Of a stretch of 64,000 nt of DNA, positions 1-13,200 are shown in pieces. The position numbers and the translations under genes are program-made. Origin of the DNA: Takakia lepidozioides (lineage: Eukaryota > Plantae > Bryophyta). The stretch spans positions 55,738,001-55,802,000 of the forward strand of contig CM060733.1 in NCBI GenBank assembly GCA_030704615.1. Reading direction: 5' to 3'. Under the pieces are notes generated by a model that saw only the letters and a program-made list of their open reading frames with translations, had not been told where the DNA came from and did no database searches. How positions within the stretch are numbered: the stretch's first letter is position 1; each line of letters opens with the position of its first letter.

Positions 1-11
1 GACGGTATGTT

Positions 12-557
12 ATGAGAGCCACTACAGGGGGTCGGGGTCTATTCACGGTCAATGATATTGTGGTTCCTCCTCGGAGAAACAACATGGTGGACTTGTTTCC
101 CTACTACGGTCCATACTACACCTCCGCGGAATTTCGTACATTACGCCTCGAAGCCCCATACATCCTATCCTACATTTTGTGTGTCAACGGACAGGTTGTA
201 TGTAGACGGGGGTTGTCTCCCATTGAGTTCAGATTTTGTGATGGTGACCCCGCCATCTTCGGCAATGTTGTTGGGCTGGTCAATAGTTCTTTTGGTCATC
301 CTAGGAGAACCAATGTAGTAGGGGACGAGCGAAGCGATGGGCATGAGAGCTTTTGTGGTCATACGTCAGTATATTGTGAGGGGATGCACATGTTTGTGAT
401 TACATGTGCTAGTAGGACTATTAGGGCTGGCAGCGAATTATTTGCTTCATACGAGTTCTCCCGGGATGATTGGGACCTCCGATTACAGCGTGAGTGGGAT
501 GTGTATGATAGAAATAGGGTTCCTTTGAGACAGGGATCGCGTAGAGGGGCATTGTAG
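12..557 (+). CDS. SET-domain protein (PR/SET-like); intronless here, may be 5'-incomplete at the window edge
   Basis: SET motifs in order: GRGLF (motif I), PYYGPY, DGDP...GLVNSS (NH[S]-like motif) and RTIRAGSELFASY (ELxFDY-like), then a stop at 555-557. The frame is also open from position 3. Confidence 0.75.
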   Translation: MRATTGGRGLFTVNDIVVPPRRNNMVDLFPYYGPYYTSAEFRTLRLEAPYILSYILCVNGQVVCRRGLSPIEFRFCDGDPAIFGNVVGLVNSSFGHPRRTNVVGDERSDGHESFCGHTSVYCEGMHMFVITCASRTIRAGSELFASYEFSRDDWDLRLQREWDVYDRNRVPLRQGSRRGAL

Positions 558-638
558 ATATTCTCATGATGTACTTTGTATACATCCGATTAATCGATTG
601 ATGTAAAAAACATTCTTGTTGCTCGTGTGGGTTGCAAC

Positions 639-1531
639 CAGTGTTGTGCGGGTCCGGGTTTTGAAGGCGGGTACCCGGCGGGTTAGGATCCGGGTTACCC
701 GGACCCGCACCCAGACCCGTGCTATCACAAAAAACCCGGACCCTAACCCGGATTCATTTCTAAAATGAACCCGGACCCGTGTGCTGGGTCCAGAACCCGT
801 TAAATCCGCTACCCGTGGGCCAATGTAGCGGGTCAGGATCCGGGTCTTAAGTTTAGATGGGGCATACGGGGTCCACCTTAGATCTGGTAGGTTTTGTCAT
901 ATGTGTGGAGGGACTAGCAGCAATAGGCCGAGCAGCCAGCCCCCCCACGTTGTAGCCCAGTGGTAATGCCCACATACGACTTCAAAAGCGTTTGTGGGTT
1001 CAATCCCGAGTGGTGTCACAAATTTTGTGCCCTCTGGGACCATAATTTACACCTCCCAAAGGACGTCATATATTATTTTATGCCAGATCCCACACTCCAT
1101 GCTATATTGATCTACCCTTGAGGCATATCATTTCTTCTTAACATGTTTAAAGAATTGATATTGAAAAATAGAAAATGGAACTCGAACTTAATTTAATTCA
1201 TATTCATGGTATACATATTCATATTCATGGTATATTTTGAAGGAATGTCTCTTAAAATAAAATTCATTATTCGGATTTAAAGTTTTTCCAGCCAAAAAAA
1301 TAATTTATCCCTAATTAATCTTAATTTTCTAATTTATTTAATCAATATATTAGGACCCGGATCCGAACCCGTGAACCCGCTAATATTTCCCAACAACTAC
1401 CCGGACCCTTACCCGAGTCCGTGTTGACAAACCCGGACCCGAACCCGGACCCGGATTTTCCAAATTTCAAAAACCCGGATCCGGACCCGGACTTGGCTCC
1501 GAAAAAAAACCCGCACCCGGACCCGGCAATG
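639..1531. mobile_element. Non-autonomous hAT/MITE-like element with ACCCGGACCCG subterminal repeat clusters
   Basis: Starts CAGTGTTGTGCGGGTCCGGGT at 639. Dense CCCGG/ACCCG motifs in both orientations at 645-845 and 1353-1527 flank an AT-rich core. The right end ACCCGGACCCGGCAATG is only a degenerate TIR, and the flanks (GTTGCAAC / GCTTGAAC) are not an exact TSD. Confidence 0.55.
946..1014 (+). other. tRNA-like Pol III promoter remnant (SINE-head-like)
   Basis: A box TAGCCCAGTGG at 953-963 and B box GGTTCAATCCC at 997-1007 with tRNA-like spacing; no good anticodon or acceptor stem. Confidence 0.5.
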
Positions 1532-2400
1532 AGCTTGAACCAAGTTGATTCAATGGGTCATTCTAGTGTTGAACGCAGCTACGTGTCGTAGAGACGGAAA
1601 ATTGCGTTTCGCCTGCACATTATTATTTTTTTAATTCCATTTTCAAGCCATATGCTTAATGATAGCATATGCAATGTGCGTACAAAATTTGGGAGTAAAC
1701 AAAAGTCATTTGGACCCATAACCAGATTTTGTTCTCTCATTTGCACTCCAAAGTTGAGGTATCTTTAACTACATGCACTCTTCATAGAGAGTTCTACAAA
1801 AGTGACCCTAGAAACACACTTATTTTTTTTCCATTTTGTTTTTGTCCAATTTTTTGCTTGGATGTAGTGGTGCAAAGTCTGATGTCACAGCACAAAATAG
1901 AGCTAAAAATAAAATCATTGCGCCCCTCAAAATCGCAATCATATATTTTCTAAATGTAAATATTTATTTTAAATTCATTTAAATTCGATTTAATTCAAAA
2001 TTGGTGCAAGGGTGAGTGCGTCGTTGGGGAGGCAAATGTTTTTTTTCTTTTTTCTGCTGGATCTTTGTACAGGTGTTGCACACATATTTAAGCACATGTA
2101 GGAAAAAGTGAAGCTTGAGCCACATCCGTTTGATGGGTGCAATGGCATGAGAGGATTTTCTTTCACATTAATAAACAAAAATTGGTTGATAGGGTGAATG
2201 CGTCATTGGGGGGGCAAATGATTTTGGTTGGGTTTGAAACTTTGCATGCGTGTACGTTGCGCACATACATGTAATTATTGAATAACATATTTGATGCACG
2301 CACACATTGAAGGTTGTTGTTTGCATTTCGCTTATAATGAGTTGTATGGTTGCAAGGACACATTATAATATATGTCCATATGTTCATTTGTTCGTATCAG

Positions 2401-4246
2401 GACTTTGTCCATCCCTTCCCGATCCTTTATCTTGGCACCCCATCCGAAAACAACCCAAGTACATCAGGCGGGAGCCGTGGGCGAGACGCCGCCCCCAGGT
2501 ATCGGACGATGATGACGATGACAGTGACAGTGACAGCGACATTAACAATGAGCATGGAATTAACCAGGAGGATGTGCAAGCCATGAAGGATCTCTTAATG
2601 CATCATGTGGGCGCTGATGCATCCCATGAAGAGGGAACTCGGCCAATCGATGATCCTGAAATGGCCCCCTCAAATGACATGGAGAGGGAGGCGAGAACTC
2701 CATTGTACGAAGGGGCGAAAGTGAGTCGACTTTCAACAATCTTACTTTTGCTCAATCTTCAAATTCGATTTGGCATAATTAATGTTGGGATGTTTGCCAT
2801 AATGCGAACTATTGCAGACTATATCCTTGCTCCACACTTGAAACCCAAGATGCCACGGTCGCGGAAAGAGGCGCGCGAAGTCTTGGACTTTGTGGGGATG
2901 GGCTATAAGATTTTTCGTGCATGTTCATGTGATAAAACCCTATACTACGGAGAGGATCCGCGTCTCACCAAGTGCCCAAAGTGCAAGAAAGACCGATATC
3001 GGGATGATGTCCAAGGGAAAAAAGTACCACGCAAGGTATAAGCGCCATTCCCCCTCGCATGGAGATTACTTTCTTTAATCTCAATGTATGTAAAGTATAT
3101 TCCACAAAGTTTAGGGCTTAGAGAGCAGTACTCATACAAGATCTGATTGTGGTTTTGGAAGGAGTGAGTGAGGATTGGAAGGAGCGACGTTCGGTTTTGA
3201 CCATTCACACCCAAATGAGGGAGAGGGCTGCATAAAGGGAAAGCATAAGGGTGTTGTATTATGTGTGCTAATGGGATGATTACATGTGGGGGGCGTGGGG
3301 TATTTCATCCTAGAAAATGCATTACTTTCCGATCATCCCGCGATTGAGGGCACAGTACTGAAGCCCCGAATTGGCCAGACTCATGAGATGACATGCCTCG
3401 CATCGGAGCCCCCGGGAAAAAGGTGTGCTGGCCACAAGATTCACAAGCATGGAGGCATATTGAAGAGATGTGGCTTTTCTCTTAGAGGACCCACAACATG
3501 TCCACCTCGGCTTCTCCTCGGATGGGGTCAACCCATTCTCTGTCCAGTCATGTAGTCATTCCACTTGGCCGGTGACCATGGTGAATTACAACATCCCTCC
3601 GTATCTTTCAATTAAAAAAGGCCATATCATGTTGGCTGTCATTGTGCCAGGTGAGTGTACTCATTTCATGTTTATTATTTTTTTAGACTTTACATTAAAC
3701 TTCTGATCTCTGACGCAATTCGGATGCAAGATTAATGAGTGACATAATCATGGAGTAATACGTGTAATTCATTTTGTAGTATAATTTGCATATTGGTGGA
3801 GCATTGAAACAATGATGTGAATGTCTCATAGGGAAAAAACAAGTGGCAAACATGGACACGTACTTGCGACCTCTTGTTGATGAACTTAAGGAGCTATGGG
3901 AGGGGGGTCCGGCATTGGATCTTCACTTGACCCTATGGCCGGACAATCTTTTCAGATGAGAGGCATCTTGCTTTGGACAATGCATGATTATCCAGGTATA
4001 TTATGTTCCCCATGAACAATCCGCGTACATTCACTTGTCAATGCCGGATAATATCGATGAGGATTGGGATTGATTGAAGTAACGGCGATAGTCTTGTGTA
4101 CCGTAGTGGGGTAGATGGCACAATGGGCCATGCACATGACAACTTTTTGTTTTTGCTAATGTGGCGGGATGTGTAGTACAAGATTAACTGTTTACTCGGG
4201 GCTAAGCACCAAAGGGTACCATGCATGCTTGCATTGTGGCGATGAT
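2401..4246 (+). pseudogene. CACTA transposase 5' part (Transposase_21/Tnp2 domain), spliced, with stops and frameshifts
   Basis: Exon-like blocks separated by GT..AG introns: ~2401-3036 (RACSCDKTLY...CPKCKKDRY...KKVPRK), ~3314-3651 (HYFPIIPRL; LGFSSDGVNPF...STWPV...NIPP...IVPG), ~3832-3996 (MDTYLRPLVDELKELW; LLWTMHDYPG) and ~4180-4246 (YSGLSTKGYHACLHCGDD). Confidence 0.9.
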
Positions 4247-5080
4247 TGTCGCGCGACTTTTACTCACCCATCCCTTCGTTATCCGAGGCGGAAACTCCAA
4301 GATAGAAGAGTTGGAAATCTCTAAGTACTCAGCCCGCTCCGAACAATCAGTCATGACCTACAGCTAGTGTATCATGGGGGTGTTTCCTATTTGTTTCCTT
4401 CCGCATTCATGTTAGCTAGCTACTTACTATTGATAATTGAGTATCAGTTTGCTCATCAACTCATCCATTCATTCCACAACTTCACTCAGATCTCTCTACA
4501 CAGTGTGATTGTATCGTATAAGTATCAAATTATGATTTATCAGGTATCAGGCCGAAGCCATTGTGTTCTAATCTGGTTACAATATCACTACAGCTTTGCA
4601 TATAACAAGCGTCTGGTAATCATCTCTCCTAAAATCCCCGTGCTCTCCATGCTTGCTCTCCGCCCAATCCCATCTCTTCCCTCACCCAGAAGTCCTTCCA
4701 CTGACGTGCTTCCCCCTTTATCCTCCTATCCGTGGCTCTAACCGTTTCCCTCACTAACCGTCGTCCGTGAACTAACATGTTCCATTTGCAGTGTTGTTCC
4801 CACAGTCGTCCCTGTCCTGGTTCCCTATGATCTTGATCGTCCTGTTACTCCCCCCACTGTGACCCCGGCCTCTGTGTCCCGGCTGTGTCCTGTGCTGCTG
4901 TGACGGCTTGGCTCGCTGTGACGGCTGGCTGTGTCGGCACTACTTGTGACGGGCTGTGTAACCCCTGTGTACAGTGCGTTGCTGTCACCCCTAAGGCTCC
5001 TGTTGGTCTCAGTCTGTGCTAAAATTAAGGGTACCATACAGATCCCGTATAAGTGTCTAAGTCCAGACAGTCCTCTAACA
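4247..5080 (-). repeat. 3' LTR of element A
   Basis: TGTCGCGCG...CCTCTAACA, a direct repeat of 31521-32414. The PPT (minus strand GAGAGGGAAGGGG, 5084-5096) is adjacent. Contains GGCTGTG/CTGTGA tandem motifs. Confidence 0.95.
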
Positions 5081-5824
5081 TTACCCCTTCCCTCTCAAAA
5101 AGCCGGTGTCCTCACGGTTTACTGATTGCGATTAGCAAACCTTTGTGAGTGAGCACCTTTCTGACGTTGAGAGTTTCGTGGCGGACTGTGTGTACGAGCC
5201 CGAGGTCTGTCACTGGTTGACGGAGATGTTTGAACACTACCAGGATAAGTGAGGCCCTCTGGAGGCTGATATCGAGGTAACCTTTCAGCATAGGAGACCC
5301 CGTCGCTTCTTCTCTGCCATCTGAATTGCATAATCTCTCCCATGTCAAAAGAATCCGCTGAAGAAACAGTTGTATCAGAATCGTCATCACCTCTCAGGTG
5401 TTTTAATTGTCGAACTTTTGTGGAATCCTCTGGGGCATACAATGTTGTCCTACATGTCTGTGATGGTTGTGATACTGAAGTAACTTCCTCCTCCCTCTCT
5501 GAAGGTCCTGCTTCCAGTAATAGCAGTTCTCTGTGCTGCTGTGCCCCTTCCTGCACATGAGCTTGGGAAACATTATCATGCGGAATCCGTGAATAGTTGT
5601 GTCTGCTGTGATGACTGTGACGGGCTGTGTTGGCCTGTGGCTGCTGTGACGACTGTGACGGGCTGTGTAACCCCCTCTACAGTGCGCTGCTGTCACCTAA
5701 GGCTCCTGTTGGTCTCAGTCTGTGCAAAAATTAAGGGTACCCTACAGATCCCGTATAAGTGTCTAAGTCCCCTACAGTCCTCTAACATTACCCCTTCCCC
5801 CTCAAAAAGCCGTGTCCTCACGGT

Positions 5825-8800
5825 TTACTGTTTCGAGTAGCAAACCTTTGTGTGAGTGAGCACCTTGTTGACGTTGAGAGTTTCGTGGCGGACTGTGTGT
5901 ACGAGCCCGAGGTCTGTCTCTGGTTGACGGAGATGGTTGATCACTACCTGGATAAGTGAGGCCCTCTGGAGGCTGATATCGAGGTAACCTTTCCGGCATA
6001 GGAGACCCCCGTCGCTTCTTCTCTCCATCTGAATTGCATAGTCTTCTCCCATGTCAAAAGAATTCGTGAAGAAACAGTTGTATCAGAATCCTCATCCTCT
6101 CAGGTGTTTTAATTTTCGAACTTTTTGTGGAATCATCTGGGGCATACAATGCTGTCCTACCATGTCTGGAAGTTTGCATTTACAACTTGGTGTAACCGCT
6201 GAACAGCAAAATTGGTGTAGACACTGAGCTCCTTGTCTGTCCAGTGAGTGTGGGGTACCAATTACTGGTGCAGCGTGCAAGTACTTCCATGCCACATGTC
6301 CCTTATAGAAAATGTCATCAATCCGAATTTCTGTGTTGACAAATGGTTGCAGGCGCTTGAAACCATGAACGAATTTGAGAATCCTTTTGCATCATAACTT
6401 TTGGGTCATATAGGTACATATGAGGTGGCACCGAAGGTAATACCCAATGATCTCCACTGGAATAACTTTGAAAGCGTGTTTGCATCTTTTGTTGCTCAAT
6501 GTGGTAACGTACCAGAAAACAAGCAGCGTAGTATAGCCCGCACCCCATGACAATACTTGCTATCTCCTTGGTCTTGGTATAAATGAGTCCATGTACAACC
6601 TGGAAAGCAACCAATTCCCTCAACATGGTACCTGCCTCGTGCCAGTATTGTGCAAAGTGATGATCTTCAATATGTCGATTGTTTGGAAGAACTTAGTCCT
6701 AGTTGCCACTGGCAGCCAAATACGCATGATTTGGTAGTAATGTGCGAATGACTGCGGAGGACTAAATTCTTTCCAAGCCAAATCCAACATGATGGGAATT
6801 TGGTTGAAGGGCATAATCATAGCCCTACTGTACTCCCTTGCAGCTGGAGTTTTAGGTGGGTTAAAAGCGGCATTGCCCCATACCTCCGGCTGTGGTGGCT
6901 GTGGTGTGGTTGTGTAGTAACCACAGGTTCAGCTACTGGTACAGTGACCTTGTTGTGGTGGTGGTGGTACTGGCTTTGTATCATTGGCATCTCCTGCACC
7001 TCCTGTGAAGACTGAAAAGCCAAAGTTCTGGCTTGTAAATAAGAAGCCATTAGCTGTTCCTGAGGGATATAGACTCTTTGGTCGATGTTTGAAGTGAGGT
7101 CTTCCACTTGAGTCTGGAGTCCGTCTACATCCTCTTGTAACTCTGCTATCCTACTATAGACATTGTCTATAGTAGTTGTGGCAATGTTCTGCACCTGCAG
7201 CCTGAGCTCATTCATCTCGCTTTGGGTGAGCTTCCGTGGGGCTTTGCCCTCTACTGGCCCTTGTGCTAAACCAGACCTGCATAAGGCTGTTATCCACCAA
7301 GCTGCTTGTGGTTCCCTGAGAGTTTGCTCCTCTCTTAGCTTGTACAATTCCAACTGCTGTTGTAAAGCCTCCATGCGCTTCGCCTGAGGTTCAACCAATT
7401 GCGCATAAGCAGCAAGTAGATTATTGGCTTCCTTCCAAGCCTTGTTACTGACCGCGATTTCATTTCTATTGGCCATGATGGTTTGTTGCAACTCCACGAT
7501 GTGTGCTTCTCTTGATCAGCTTCAATCTGCCTGTATTGCTTGAAAGTATCTTCATTGCGACAGATTGTATTCTTCATATCGACAATGAGCTTCATTTGCT
7601 CAACATTCTCTTCTTCTGCCTTCGTACATTTTTCCGCTTGACTGTTTATTTCTTTTGTTGATTGGTCAAGCATAGTTGTAAATGTAGCACATTGTATCGC
7701 CATCCTGTTATGCACTGTCTGCAACTCCGTATGTAGTGCATTCAGTTCTTGCAACTTGCTTTCATGCTGCACCTGCATTTGTATAGCTGTTGCTTATGTG
7801 CTTCGTGCAACTGGTCTTGCGCGAGGCCTGCCTCAATCAATTGTTGCTTGGCCAATTGCAAAGCCATTTCTGTATTCCCAAGTCCTGCTTCATCTTGAGA
7901 GTGACCTCTTCATCGACCTTGTTTGCACACTCAGTGGCAAGTCGAGCCTCAAACTCCTTCCTGAGTTCCTCTTTCAAGGCTGTCAATTGGGTAATTGGAA
8001 CATGGGATTTGACATAAGTCCCCAACAAATTAAGTGTCCTGCCTATGGAACTCATCAGCATTGCCTGTTGAGGGTCATCATGGTGAGGTTGCTGCTGTTC
8101 CTCCTGATCTTCAACAGTGTGATGTCTCACTAACCATTCAGGCCATTGTCCCACCGGATTTTCTTCCTGAACTACTTCATCTATCACCGGTGCTACAGTG
8201 TCATGACCTTCCGCCTGTGGTACCTCCGACACAGTGTGTGTATTATATGCACCTCAGGATTTCCCTTGGGCAACTGTTGCACCTGGGATTCTGTCTCCTT
8301 GACCAGACCAGAATATTCATAGAGAAGGTCCCCTTTCTCTATTTCTGCCACTATCTGTTCTGTAGTTGGAATATCTACCCTTCACTTTCCAAATCAATTT
8401 TCGGGTTGAGCTGCATGGATAACTTGTGACCTTGTGACAAGTCGTTCAAGTGGCTGTGATGGTTGTGATGCAGAAGTAACTTCCTCCTCCCTCTGAAGGT
8501 CCTGCTTCCAGTAATAGCATTTCTCTGTGCTGCTGTGCCCCTTCCTGGCCATGAGCTTGGGAAACATTATCATGCGGAATCCGTGAAGCCAGTGGATCCG
8601 CCACTACAGTCTTTCCCCTTCTCTGCCTCTTAGTCTCGGGTTGTGCTGCTAGTCCACCCTCACTGTGTGAAGAGCCTTGCTCTTCCATTGCAGTTGTTTC
8701 TGGCTCAAACACTCCCATTTCCTTCTTTCTTGTGCATTAAGTATGCCAGAATCAAGGATTATTTGAGCAATGATTGGGCCAGACACTATGATAGGAGACT

Positions 8801-9570
8801 TTGCGGTAGTACCTTGTAATCTTTTCATCTCCTCTACCAGTGCGTTGTACATTATGTCCGCCCATTGTACCTCTGTCCCTTCAGGCCTTTGAGTATTTCC
8901 TCCGTGAAGGATCTGCTCAAATACTGTTGGTTCTGTTTCATGGCAATCAGAACGTTCAATACCTGGCCTACCTCTTTTAACCCTGGGTACACAGCTTGGT
9001 ACAAGCATAACCCTGAGTTTTAAAGAAACTCCCTTCTTGGAATAAGTCCCTATTTGCAGTCTTGCCCTGTGTTCCTCCACATGCACCTGACCTGCTGGCA
9101 ATCGAAACAATTGCTGGAGGTATAGGGGGAGTAATCATTAATTCAACTCCCTTCACCGTTGTTGTTCCTGTCCTTTGGCTCAAAGTTCTGCAAAAATTGT
9201 AACATGTACTGTCTATGGTGTAGTGTCCAATCTAGGCTTTGCAATCCTTGCAATCTCAGCTCCTCCAGTATCTGTATCGCCTGTGGGGTAGCAATCGTTT
9301 GTTTCTGCAGAATTGTGGTGCTCTTCACCCTGATTTCCTCCATTCCTCTCACTCTCTTCATTTTAGACTCACAGAACTGCTTTGGCTGTAACAACTGCAG
9401 GAATGCCTGTAGTGCACAAAGCATAAACGTATGGTTGCCGCAGAAAGCTATGGGTAATTCTTGTAAGCCTGCGGGGCTTGCAAGCATTGCTCAAGAGAAA
9501 AGCCGCTCCCTTTCGTGTCTATGCCACTGCGTAAGTAATATTGCGAGCGTATAGTCTGTTAGTTCCTCCA
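5825..9570 (-). pseudogene. Element A extra 3' ORF (env-like/Transposase_32-like N-terminal region plus long coiled coil), frameshifted
   Basis: A chain of minus-strand ORF fragments (9143-9487, 8649-9110, 8446-8718, 7837-8232, 7335-7778, 6817-7497, 6318-6626, 6092-6295) is collinear with homologous copies at 35130-37790(+) and 43844-44880(-). Confidence 0.75.
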
Positions 9571-10289
9571 TAGTTTCCAAGTTATAGCATTATGGCCTGT
9601 CTGTCGAGACGCCCGTTACTCAGAACGACGCCGCCTCTTGCGCTCAATTTCCCTCCATTTTCTTGATCCTTTCTCTGGTTTTCTATTGGCTGTATCCGCT
9701 GTGACTGGATTTTAGATTTTATCTTTTAGTGGACTTTCCCTGTTGGATAGTCCACTAGGATCACACATGTGACGAATTCGCTTTTCTGTACTTGCCGTTC
9801 GTTCCGTTTCCCTTTTTCCGTATTCATTAATGGGCCCGCCTTTCATCCCTTTTGACGGCCGTTCTTGTCCTCTTTCTTTTTGACACCTGTCCTTGCACTT
9901 CATTCTCTGCTGTGTGTCGCGCCCTGACCTCCACGTGTCTATTTTTAAAGTAATTTCCGTTTCCTCTTCCGTCAGCCATTTTCCTGAAGTTATTATGTGT
10001 CCACTTGTCACTGATTCTATGGATCGTGTAACTTTAGTAGGCTGTGTTGAGCTGTGACAGGCTGTGTCCACGCTGTGATAGGCTGTGATGCACTGTGGTA
10101 AGCTGTGATAGGCTGTGACACGCTGTGGTAGGTGTGATAGCTGTGTTTGCGCCAGGCCCGTGATGGGCTGTGATAGGCTGTGTCATGATGTGATAGGCTG
10201 TGATAGGCTGTGTCCCTGTGTTGTTTTGCCCACCTGGTCATATATGCTGGGCCTAGCGACAAAGTTCCATACTCCGTTCGTAACACTGG

Positions 10290-13200
10290 TGTGCAGCCCG
10301 TGACTGCTCTTGCGGTTCATGCAAATCATGCTGCAGGGGTTTGTCATGGATACCACTGTACCCCTTCAACTTATTTGCATTGACTCTTCCCAGCATTTCT
10401 TTGTTAATGGTTTGTAACATGGCGGTGTTGTTATCATACATCTTTTGTATGACATAAGGTCCTTTCCATGGTGATTTAAGCTTAGAAGCTTGAATCTTTC
10501 TTTCTTCTGCAACCATAGAACCAAATCCCCCGTCTTAAAAGTCTTTAACTTGCCTTCATCAAACTGTTCCTTTCGCTTCATCTGAATTCTGGTCATATTA
10601 TCAGCTGCATCAGCACGTACTTCTTCCACATGGTATAATTCATGTTTCCTGACCTTGATGGAGTCTTGCAATTCCATTCTTTTTCCCCACTCCGTTCTCA
10701 TGGTAGGTAAACAGGAATTCCACTGGAAGTAAGGCTTCCATACCATAAACTAATTGGAATGGTGTATACTTAGTGGTGACTTTATATGAAGTCCTGTATG
10801 ACCACAAAGCTGTCAGCAGCTTTGTATCCCAATCCGTTCTGTTTGCATTGACTATCTTAGCCAAGATAGTACATAGTATTTTGTTGGTAGCCTCTGCCTG
10901 CCCATTACCTGTGGGTAATATGTTGTACTCTTTCTATGCACAATCATAAACTCTTTAGTCAACAACTCAATGGTCTCATTCATGAAGTGACTTCCTTGAT
11001 CACTGATAAATTCTAAGGGACAGCCAAATCGTGTAAGTATGTTCTCGTACAGGAACCTTGCTGTGGACTTGGCTGTGTTGTCCCTCAAAGCTTTAGCTTC
11101 CACCCACTTTGTAGTATAATCAGTGGCTGTAATTATGTACCTGTTTCGTGTATTCTTGGATGGTGGATTAATTGGTCCAACAAAGTCTAGTCCCCATTTC
11201 TGAAATGGTTCCGTAGGCATTGTAGGATGCAAGGCCATCCTTCCAGATCTCTGCAAAGGTCCTAGCCTCTGACATTCATCACACTTCTGACAATACTCGT
11301 GTACATCTTTGAACAAGTAGGCCACCAGTATCCTGCGAGTAGTATCTTTCTACTGGTAGTCTCTTCTCCAAAATGACCTCCAGCCACTCCTTTATGAACT
11401 TCCGCCAAAACTTTATTTACTTCATGGTGGTACAAGCATCGTTTTAGTACTCCATCAGGTCCTAACTTATACATTCTGCTTCCTACCATAGTATAAGGTA
11501 AAGCTTTGATAGCGATTCTCTTCCTCTGCTCCTTACCATAACTAGGTGGGCACTGACCATGAGCAAGGTAGTATCTGATTGGCCACTGCCAATCTAACCA
11601 TTCATCTGCACTTCCTTGCACCTCCATTACAAATAAACTCGCATCAGGTAACTGATCGTCCACTCCTGTGGCGGCCTCTCCTGTTGTTAGTCGTGACAAA
11701 TGATCTGCCACAAGATGCAAACGGCCAGGCTTGTAAATAACCTCGAACTCAAACTCATGCAAGATTATTAACCACCTCGCTATCCTTCCACTTATCAAAG
11801 GTTTGTTCACCAGATATATCAGAGCCTGGTGATCCACATAAAACATAAACTTTCTTCCCAATAGGTAATGCCTGAATTTCTTCACTGCATAGATCATTGC
11901 CAATGCTTCTCTTTCCGTTGTGCTATAGTTCCTCTCAGCACTGTTCATCAACCGGCTAGCATAGTACACAGGTGAATCTATATTCCCTGTAACATTCTGG
12001 GCTAACACCGCTCCCAACGCTTCTCTCCTGATGCATCGCAGTGAACATGAAATACTACATGCCAGTGAGGGTTAATCAGCACAGGTGTAGTTGTTACTGA
12101 CAGTGTAAGTTCCTCAAACGCCTGTTGACATTCAGCTGTCCAGGCAAACACTGCATCTTTCTTCAGAAGTTTGCTCAATGGTGCTGCTATTTGTGCATAC
12201 CTTTTGACAAATCTCTGTAATAACTGGTTTGCCCAAGGAATCTCCGTAGACTTTTAACATTCACTGGTGGTGGAGAGGCTTTAATGGACTCTGTCTTCCT
12301 GGGATCCACAAGGAGTCCCTTCTTACACACAATGTGTCCCAGAAGCACCCCTGAGTTCACACAGAAAGTACACTTCTCTGGATTCAGGCCCAGACCTCTC
12401 ATCCTGCATCTGGCCAAACATAACTCCAATTTATGCAAGTGCTCATTCTTAGAGCTGTACACACTGAAATCATCCAAGAATACCTGCATGAAATCATCCA
12501 TACTCATGAAAAGATTCACTTATCACTCTCTGAAAGGTCGCTGGTGCATTACAAAGTCCAAAGGGCATGACTTTGTATGCATAAGCCCCCCAGTCTGTGA
12601 TGAAAGCTGTTTTCCCTTGGTCTTCTTCTGCCACTTGCACTTGATTATAACCACTGAAGCCATCCATGAATGAGTACATCTCATGGCCTGCCACAGTGTC
12701 TAATACTGCTTCTGTGAATGGCAAAGGGAAAGGATCTTTCTTCGTACAAGCATTCAGCTTCTTATAGTTCACACATACTCTTAGTTTGCCATTCTTCTTG
12801 GGAACTATAACAATGGGTGACAACCAAGTTGTATACTCTATTGGGTATATAAACTTAGCCTCAGCCAACTTCTTTATCTCTTCTCCAACCTTCTGTGCGT
12901 AGTTGGGATTCATTCTATACCTCGCCTGCTTGATTGGTACTGACCCTGGTTCCAGTTCAATCTTATGCTGACAGACTTCAGGTGGTATCCCTTTTAGATC
13001 CTCATAGCTCCAAGCAAATACATCTCTGTATTTGATGAACAAGCTTTTAGCTTCTTCGAAGAATTCCGGCTCCAAATCAGCTCCTACTTTCACCATCCTC
13101 GGTTCCTCCTGAGTTCCCACATTTACTTCTCTCACCTGCTCATCAGCTGTGATTGTCCAACCAGTCACCACTTCATCCTGTAAGCTCACAGTGGCTGGTT

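Noticed and set aside
946-1014. Functional tRNA gene
   Set aside because: A and B boxes are present, but I could not build convincing acceptor and anticodon stems.
5440-5475. Spliced (retroposed) form of the family A extra ORF
   Set aside because: The junction has CAG microhomology, but the missing segment does not begin with GT.
11262-12017. Additional archaeal-type RNase H (Tat/Ogre hallmark) in element A
   Set aside because: RH runs into the integrase N-terminus with no room or motifs for aRH.
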